DNA of 64,000 nt. It comes from the human T2T-CHM13v2.0 reference genome, Homo sapiens. The position numbers were made by a program, and so were the translations under genes. A model generated the notes under the pieces. It worked only from the letters and a program-made list of their open reading frames with translations. It searched no databases and was not told the origin of the DNA. Positions 53,971-64,000 of the stretch are shown here, piece after piece (positions within the stretch are counted from its first letter, which is position 1; every line of letters begins with the position of its first letter). The stretch is from the NCBI RefSeq assembly GCF_009914755.1, contig NC_060935.1. One strand, 5' to 3'.

Positions 53971-55221
53971 AGATTTTCATTTAGAATTCATTGCTTTAAT
54001 TTACTAGTTGTGTGATTTCAAAAATGTACTTAATTTCTTTAAGTCTATTTCCAGAGGGCAACCATGATTGTGGCTTACCCAGTTTCACGGACAAATAAAA
54101 GCTGAGATTATCTGAGGCAGTACAGAGTGATACAGGCACCCAAGAAGGAAGAGGACAGGACAATTATAAGTGCTGACTGGATGGTTCTTTTACAAGAAAA
54201 AATGGAAAATGAAAGCAGACTGGGGGAACAATGGTGGGGAGCAGCAAATGACTTTGTTTGATGGTCCCTTCTGTTTAGGTCATTCCCTGAAAGGAGAAGT
54301 AAATCAAAGAATGACAGAAGAAAATAATGTCCACATGGATGAAGCTTGTTGAGTGACAGCTTCATTATAGTATGCCCTGGGAGAGCTGTTCTACTGAAAA
54401 ACGTCAACCTCCACATCTTTAATAAAGTATTTTTCTCTTTGGCTGGTCACATTTCTCAGAGAACAGTTTTACAATCTCTTGCCTGGAAGGCAGGCTGCCA
54501 GAGTCCTGGAAGCTAAAGGGGGAAAGCCCACTGGCATTCTCAATATTTGGCATTCACACAACCTCCTTGTTTGCAGCAAGACAGAATTTCCCTCAACCAG
54601 ACCTAGTATCTTCCAGGCCAATGACAGCCTCTCTCTCATAAAAATAAATACACAAACAAACAAACAAACAAACAAACAAACATCTAATCTTCTGCCATGG
54701 TAAAGGAGAGGCAGCTGGCTGTTTACACCGAATTAAGAAAGGAACTGGGAGGGGGATCCAACAGAATCTTAAGCAGCTTTCAACCAATCCTCTATTTTTT
54801 ATGTTTTAGCCTCACCTTGTCCTTCTGCTCGCAGAGATACCTGATGTTACTAATTCCTGAGCCTTTTGGGGTTTTGTAAACTGGGCTGCCTCAAGGCTTT
54901 TCCCGCTGCTACTTGGGAAAAGGCTTTCTCGGGTCTGCTAAGTAAAGATCACTCATCTATCAGCTTTCTAGCTTCTAAGATGTTGCTGTTGCCTCCTCTC
55001 CTGTTCTGCCTGTGGGTTTATGTATTTTTTTAAGTGGCTTACTTTTGTTTTAATGGGCTTTTGGGTGGTAGCAGAGATTAATGTACATATGCAATCTGCT
55101 TACTTTAACCACAGGTTACTCCATCTACTGTTCTCATCTCTTCTCCAACCACATTTCTACACTATACTCACTAATATGGAAATATTCCTCAGTTTTCAAA
55201 ATCACAGGCTCTTTCCTGCAT

Positions 55222-55970
55222 ATCAAAACCACAATATGATACCACCCTATTCCTGCAAGAATGGCCATAATCAAAAAATAATATATATTGGTGTGGATGC
55301 GGTGAACAGGGAACACTTCTACACTGCTGGTGGGAATGTAAACCAGTACAACCACTGTGGAAAACAGTGTGGAGATTCCTTCAAGAAGTAGAAGTAGAAC
55401 TACCATTTGATCCAGCAATGTATCTACCCAGAGGAAAAGAAGTCATACCAAAAAGATTCCTGCACATGAATGTTTCTAGCAGCACAATTTGCAATTGCAA
55501 AAATGCGGAGCCAACCCAAATGCCCATCAATCAATGAGTGGATAAAGAAACTGTGGCATATTGGGTTGGGCACAGTGGCTTATGCCTGTAATCCCAGCAC
55601 TTTGGGAGGCTGAGACAGGTGGATCACAAGGTCAGGAGTTCAAGACCAGCCTGGCCAAGATGGTGAAACTCCATCTCTACTAAAAATACAAAAATTGGCC
55701 AGGCGTGGTGGCATGCGCCTGTAATCCCAGCTACTCGGGAGGCTGAGGCAGAGAATTGCTTAAACCTGGGAGGCAGAGGTTGCAGTGAGCCGAGATCACG
55801 CCACTGCATTCCAGCCCGGGTGACAGAGTGAGACTCAAAAAAAACGAAAAAGAAAAAAAAGAAACTGTGGCAGATATATATGATGGAATACTACTCAGCC
55901 ATAAAAAGGAACTGAATTAATGGCATTCGCAGCAACCTGGATGAGATTGGAGACTATTATTCTAAGTAAA
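55222..55970 (+). mobile_element. L1PB 3' fragment with AluS at 55564-55860
   Basis: Alu TSD aagaaactgtggca. Confidence 0.88.
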
Positions 55971-56069
55971 TAAGGATTACTTTATTCTTTTTCCAATGTT
56001 CCAGCTTGACGCAAAACTTTCAGGTTCAACCAGATGGCCAAGACTTATAGAGGCCAAGGGTGTACTCAC

Positions 56070-56302
56070 AAATCTGATTGTCCCAACTGTTAACTGCTCA
56101 GGGCTTGGTTTTCTCTACTTGTCCTTTTCTTCAGAGTATAAAGAGGTATACATTAGAGATTTTCTTTTCTTCTTAGGAGAAACAATGTACCAAAATAATG
56201 GTTTATATTTGTTTGTAATTTTCTGAGATCTATTTCTATGTTAGTGAGAAGGTTCCTCATCGTATATGCAATTTAACATAATGCTGGACATAGAAGACTT
56301 CA
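56070..56302 (-). pseudogene. Candidate pseudo-exon: KSSMSSIMLNCIYDEEPSH*HRNRSQKITNKYKPLFWYIVSPKKKRKSLMYTSLYSEEKDK*RKPSPEQLTVGTIRF
   Basis: Donor TTT|gtgagt; two stops in 77 codons; acceptor uncertain (56302 or 56342). Confidence 0.4.
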
Positions 56303-56885
56303 CTGGGTTTTAAAATTATAATTTATTTTTAAAAGATCTTAGCTAGGATGTAGACACATAAAAAGCTTTAATTGTATATTTGACAAAATAAAAAGTTAAG
56401 GCCATGATATTTTTGGAGAGATTTTTAGTAATCTCAGTTTCAAAAAATACTAAAATATGATCAGTTCTTTGAAATGAAATGATAGGTAGGAATAGTCTAT
56501 AACCTCTATGAAACAGTGCTATAAAAAATTACACTGGCATTGAAATAACCTGATAAACAGCCTTTTGGCAGTACTCATGTTCCATTTAATTTTCCCTTGT
56601 GGATAGGAAAGACAGAAGAATAACTTCTAGGTCATGAAAAGTAAAAATTACCAAAGTTTTTGAATCACTACCTAAAAATTAGTTCATTTAGTTAATGTTT
56701 CTTTCTTAAAACATCAACACAGATGTTTGGCCACTCTGCCTTGAAACTCTATGCTTTTGTAAAAAAATGTTCAGAATGTCATGTTAAATCCCTGTTGATA
56801 AGTACGTTGTTGCATCAAGAATATAAATACTAACAAATCCCAAGTGGGTGACACATTAAACAAATAACACATTAAAGTAAGAACA

Positions 56886-57077
56886 TCACATGTAAGTCCA
56901 TTCATAACTGCGAAGGGCCTCTATACAACGTTCAACAACAGCATGTGCTTGATGAAGCACAGGATCTCTTTTTATGTATACATGAAATAGTGAATTATAA
57001 AATATTAAGTGCCCCTCAATCCAAATGTATTTGGTTTTTTTCAAACAACTCCTGAGTAAATCAATTGTATTTGAAAG
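56886..57077 (-). pseudogene. Candidate exon: LSNTIDLLRSCLKKTKYIWIEGHLIFYNSLFHVYIKRDPVLHQAHAVVERCIEALRSYEWTYM
   Basis: Acceptor tttttgtttttgtttttgcag followed by 63 open codons in AT-rich unique DNA; donor unclear. Confidence 0.6.
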
Positions 57078-58022
57078 CTGCAAAAACAAAAACAAAAACA
57101 AAAAAACTCCATGTCTTTTTGTTTCTAGAAATATGATTATTCAAATGAAAAATATTTGTAGCCTAAGGGTATCTGCTATTCTATAAGTGCCATAATTGTA
57201 AATGCTAAAATTAAGTTTAGAGAAAGCCTTAAAAGTTAGTTCTTCAGCTAATAAACAGCACAGAAAGTACTAATAGCAAAAAGCTCCAAAATGGTTTTTG
57301 TCATTTTAATACCAATCATTGGGGAATTAGGAAATTGCCTGACTTTAGGACTTCTAGAGACCTTAATCTGTTAATTCTATTCCTTTATCCTCTATAATAA
57401 TGGTAACAAAGTAACTGTAATAAAGTAACAAAAGACAGGGCTTTTCTTTTAGGGCAAGTTCTTCTCATAGGATGCTAAAATTTCCTTTCTAAAAAACTGA
57501 GGACTTTTTTCAAATTATAAAAGTAATACATGCTTGTTATATATCTTATATAATGTAGTTATATGTGTATGTTTCAAGCAGAGAAGGGTTTAAAATGGAA
57601 ATCAAAACTCTTCTAATCCACATCCCAGAGGTAATCATTGGTATCTCTCTTATCAGGATAATCGTAACAGGTTTTAGTGTAAATATCCTTCCAGATTTTT
57701 ACTATCATATACATACATACATACATATAATTTTAGGTCAAAAATAGATTCATATCTACTTTATGTAACTTCCCTTTTGCCTACTTAGCAATATATAAGA
57801 AATTTTTCCATATCAGTACATATATAGATGTACTTGTTTCTATTTAGTAGCTGAACAGTGTTCTAAAGAAGAGGTGCACCATATTTAATCGCTAGCCAAA
57901 TGGTAGGCAGTTAGGCTGTTTTTGATTTTTGCCATTATAAAGTATTATATCTACTGTCTCATACTCTAAAGAATGTATATCCAGTAAAAGTGAATCATCC
58001 CCTAACTTGGCAATTAACTTAT

Positions 58023-58068
58023 ACAATCTACAAAATGTTTGAAGTGAGTTTGAGAAGATAAATATGCC
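58023..58068 (-). pseudogene. Candidate pseudo-exon (46 nt): AYLSSQTHFKHFVDC
   Basis: Acceptor gattctttacag; donor reads ataagt (gtaagt with +1 G>A); phase 2 to 0 fits both neighbours. Confidence 0.5.
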
Positions 58069-59795
58069 CTGTAAAGAATCTAATAGCAGTCAGTACTTTA
58101 AGACATAAAATATACATAAGCTATAAGGTTATGAAGAATGATACAATGAACACCCATGTACCTAAATAGTATATTATCATTACATTGGAAGATCCCCATG
58201 TTTACTGCCCCTCCTCTGTGTCCCGCAGAGGTAATTTTCTTAAATATTTTGTTTCTTATTACCTTAGTTTTAAAAAAATACTTTTACCACGTATGTTTGT
58301 ATCATTAGATTAAATATCCTTAAATAGTATATAACATGCACTTGAATTTTGTAAAGTGGATCCATATTATAGTTGAATTGTCCTTTTTTTTCTTTTTTCC
58401 TTTTTATTTTTCTGTAACTCATGACAGTGCTGAATTGTCTTTTTATTTTTGTACAGAATTATCTTCTTTAAGATTCATCTACATCATCCTTTGTAACTGC
58501 AGTTCATTTATTTTCTCTGATATATAATATTCTAGTGTAAGAAGATATAAGTTATCCATTCTAGTGTTGGTTGGCATATGAGTCATTTCAAGTTTTCTGC
58601 TATTTTGAACAATCTTGCCATTAACATTTTTGTACATGTCTCTTGATGTATGTGGGCAAGAGCTCCTCTAGGAAGGAAATCACTAGGTGATAGAGTACGC
58701 TTCATATGCAGCTTTATAAGATAATGACCAATAATCTTATTTCTCATATCTTATTAAAATTTCTAAAGTAGCTATACCAACTTACACGTTCACTAGCAGA
58801 GTTTATATACTCTATTTGTTCCATACATTTGTTTGATATTATCAGACTTTTTAATTCTTGCCAGTGAGTGTAAAAGGCTCTGCTTATAGTTTTAATTTGC
58901 ATTTCTTCAATTATTGACACAGATCATCTTGTTATACACTTATCATCCAAGTGGGTTTCCTTAACTCTTTTTTTTTTTTTTTTTGGAGATCTTATGTTAG
59001 GCTGATTTATAAGTGCTGCTCTGGGCAGTTACACAATTTGTTTATAGTAAGGAGTTGTCTGACTTTGAGCATACTGTACTTGGCGATTAGAAGTCATCAT
59101 GGCAAGAGAAAACCACAGCTGGCCCCCTGAAGCAAACACAAAAACCAGAGAATGGTAGCGGAAATGTAGAGATAAAGGTGGGGTTTGTTTCTTATTACAA
59201 AAGAAAAAAATAACTGCTCAGTAGTCTTAACAAAAGAATGGAATATTTCACACTGGGAGAAAAGACATTGGGATACAAAATTTCAAGTGTTTTGACTCTA
59301 GCCCTGTCCCCATATCCTTCAAGAGCAGAGGCAGAAGGAGACAGTTAAAGCAAACAGGCAATTCTGCAAAAATTACTTAGAAACTCTACAGATTTGATTA
59401 AAATCTAAACTTCTATTTTGTTTTTTAAAAATTTAATATATCAAAAGTCCTGCTTTAGTGACATGTTATTCCCACCAGAAAATAACCCCAATATTCCCTC
59501 TGTCAGTAACATGCTCAAGTTGACCAGCTAACTCTTACCTCTAAACCCATGTGGACAAGTATATGTCTTTTAAACCAAAGCCATGGGGATCAAGTGACTG
59601 CTAGTAACATGTCGTCTGTTAACTGACCAGTATTCGTCTTCTCCAGAGGGTGGGCAGGGCACAGAAACCCTAGAGTGGTCATGAAGGACTAACCGCAAAT
59701 CAACAACTTTCAAGCACCACTTCCCTCACTCCTTACTCAAAAGGGGCTACTTAATTTCTGTCTAGATTATTTGCTTTGAATTTGGTATCCCGTGA

Positions 59796-60158
<363 letters not shown>

Positions 60159-60754
60159 CCTTGTTTTTACATTTAAATATAAAAACACTACTCTGTTTTG
60201 TGTGATAAATAGAGGACCAAGCAAAAAGAACCTCTTCTTCTTTTAAGGTAGGGATATCCATCAGTTTATACTAAGCTTTGTGTTCAGAGGAGAGCATTTC
60301 ACCCCAAGCTAGGCTAGTCCCACACAAGCAGGAGACCAAGGGCATTCTCCTCCCTGATCCCCAACCCCTACCTTCTCTCCTAATCCCTACTTTTGTAGAA
60401 AGTTGGTTATAATCTTTTAAGAAACATTTCCACCACAAAGGGAAATCCTAACCTAACCAGAATAAGTCAGGTCTTCCCCTCTCAGGTCCCTCAAAGAAAA
60501 AATCCCCCTCCTTCAAACATGCAGTCTGTTCCGATAGCTACGCTTATTGAACAGGCACACCCCGTTAAATGGAAGCAGTGGTTATGTTTCACCACCCAGC
60601 TCCCCACTAATGTACTAAAAAGCTTCAGTGATAGGGAAAGAAAAGGAGGGTAAAGATGTGAAGAAATTAATAATTTGACCCCTTATCCCAGCCAAAGAAA
60701 GAAAGCAAGATTAACTGGGCACAAGGAATTTAAAAAGACCCTCATATTCCATCC

Positions 60755-61044
60755 TTTCTTTTTTTTTTTTTTTTTTTTGAGACGGAGTCTCGCTGTCGCC
60801 CAGGCTGGAGTGCAGTGGCGCAATCTCGGCTCACTGCAGGCTCCGCCCCCTGGGGTTCACGCCATTCTCCTGCCTCAGCCTCCCGAGTAGCTGGGACTAC
60901 AGGCGCCCGCCACCTCGCCCGGCTAATTTTTTGTATTTTTAGTAGAGACGGGGTTTCACCGTGTTAGCCAGGATGGTCTCGATCTCCTGACCTCCTGATC
61001 CGCCCGCCTCGGCCTCCCAAAGTGCTGGGATTACAGGCGTGAGC
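60755..61044 (-). mobile_element. Young AluY (Ye-type) inserted in the GLUL pseudogene 3'UTR
   Basis: Variants gcaggctccgccccctgggg, ccacctcgcccggc, cgctgtcgcc; CpGs intact; TSD catcctttc. Confidence 0.85.
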
Positions 61045-62094
61045 ATCCTTTCAGTTACAATTAGGACAACTGGGAGAGGGGAAGAGTTGGAGTTGGATGA
61101 AGTACTAGGAGGGGCTTGACAGCTGGAGGTCTAGTTCACTTAGTTTTTGTACTGGAAGGGCTCAACTCCGGTTTGAGAAGACACGGGCAGATGAGGGCTT
61201 CTGTCACCGAAAATGGGTCACAGTCGGCAGAGAGGCAATGATCTTCAAAGTAACCCTTCTTCTCCTGGCCAACAGTCTGGGGAATGTGTATGCTGGCACT
61301 ATGATGGGCTATAAGAGCAGAAAAGTCGTTGATGTTAGAAGTTTCATGGGAATGTGGATGTGGTACTGCTGTTGCTTGCTTAGTTTCTTGATGGCCTCCT
61401 CAATGTATTTCAGACCATTCTCCCGCATGGCCTTGGTGCTAATGTTGGTATGGCAGCCTGCACCATTCCAGTTCCCAGGAATGGGCTTAGGATCAAAGGT
61501 TGCTATCACTCCGAAGTCTTCACATACACGATGTAAGATGAAACAGGTCACCCAGAGATGATCTTCCATGCTGATTCCTTCACAGGGTCCGATTTGGAAT
61601 TTCCACTGGGCAGGCATGACCTCAGCATTAGTCCCTGCAATCTTGACTCCAGAATACAAGCAGGCCCGGTAATGAGCCTCCACAATGTCCCTGCCATAGG
61701 TTTTGTCTGCTCACATACTACAGTTAAGATGGACCCTGGGGCTCAGGGAATCCACTGGAAGGCCAACCAAAGGGGTGCCCGTCTGTCCCCATGAGATTAT
61801 ATATTCCTGCTCCATGCCAAACCAGGGGTGCTGGTTGCTCACCATGTCCCTTATCCGTTTACAGGTGTGCCTCAAATTGGTCTCTGCAGGCTTTCGATTG
61901 CACTTGAAAACTTCACAGAACACCAGCTTGTGGAGGTCCTTGTGGAAGGGGTCCCAAAACATGGCAGCAGGCATGAGATACATGTCACTGTTGGAACCTT
62001 CAAAGTACTAGAGCCACCAAAATTCTACTCAGGTAACTCTTCCACACGCTTGGGTTCACTTGCAGCGCAGTCTTGCTTGAGTACCATCGATTCA

Positions 62095-63610
<1,516 letters not shown>

Positions 63611-63673
63611 GATTAATTATATCCTATAATTCTTGCTTTCCAATGTACCAATATTTAACATGCATTTATTTAC

Positions 63674-63798
63674 TTTGTCTGGAGTCCCACGGATGATCTT
63701 TGAAGTCTTAATATTTAATTACATTTCCACCTTGTGCAAAATGTTTGAGAAAGGAACTTTACATTACCTCTCAACAGAATGCCAATGTCATAGACTCT
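63674..63798 (-). pseudogene. Candidate pseudo-exon (125 nt): RVYDIGILLRGNVKFLSQTFCTRWKCN*ILRLQRSSVGLQTK
   Basis: Acceptor cttgtttcctcatcctgcctcccttgttag; donor AA|gtaaat (alternative GAG|gtaatg at 63768). Confidence 0.5.
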
Positions 63799-64000
63799 CT
63801 AACAAGGGAGGCAGGATGAGGAAACAAGATTATTAGCTTCTCCTAAATTGTCCTCACTGTTTTGTGGGAAGTTTGTTTCTGAAAGATCATACACACATTT
63901 TGAAGCCAAGTGGAAATTTTGTTGTTGTGCTTTACAAACACAAAGTACTTAAATACTTAATTAAGTAATTCATTTATCATTTGGATTATCCACCATTCAT

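Noticed and set aside
54700-55120. Donor AAG|gtgagg near 54815
   Set aside because: Lies in what looks like an old L1M 5'-end fragment.

Overview
Primate (human/hominoid-like) genomic DNA, AT-rich and mostly interspersed repeats. It holds about 41 Alus (J, S, Y, one Ye-type), old L1M/L2/MIR fragments and a 6.3 kb L1PA lacking its 3' tail. It also holds five solo ERV1 LTRs (including LTR10 and LTR2), a near full-length HSMAR1 mariner and several DNA-transposon fossils (Tigger3, MER30, MER47A, MER5A, MER33). No intact protein-coding gene is evident. A GLUL (glutamine synthetase) processed pseudogene with 5'UTR, broken CDS, long 3'UTR and poly(A) lies on the minus strand at 58968-62316. The main unexpected signal is in the non-repetitive islands. 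They repeatedly contain minus-strand, splice-site-bounded segments with largely compatible reading phases and scattered stops, which suggests a dead multi-exon gene crossing the whole window. Its central exons (LGFM*AYANPYV/FEPYELYVV...FFSERK) resemble the N-terminal tail of DNAH6/DNAH14/DNHD1-type axonemal dynein heavy chains; that comparison is from memory and needs an alignment. A small Penelope-like reverse-transcriptase relic (YIDD) is also visible. Repeat subfamily names come from recalled consensus sequences, and boundaries are approximate unless TSDs are quoted.
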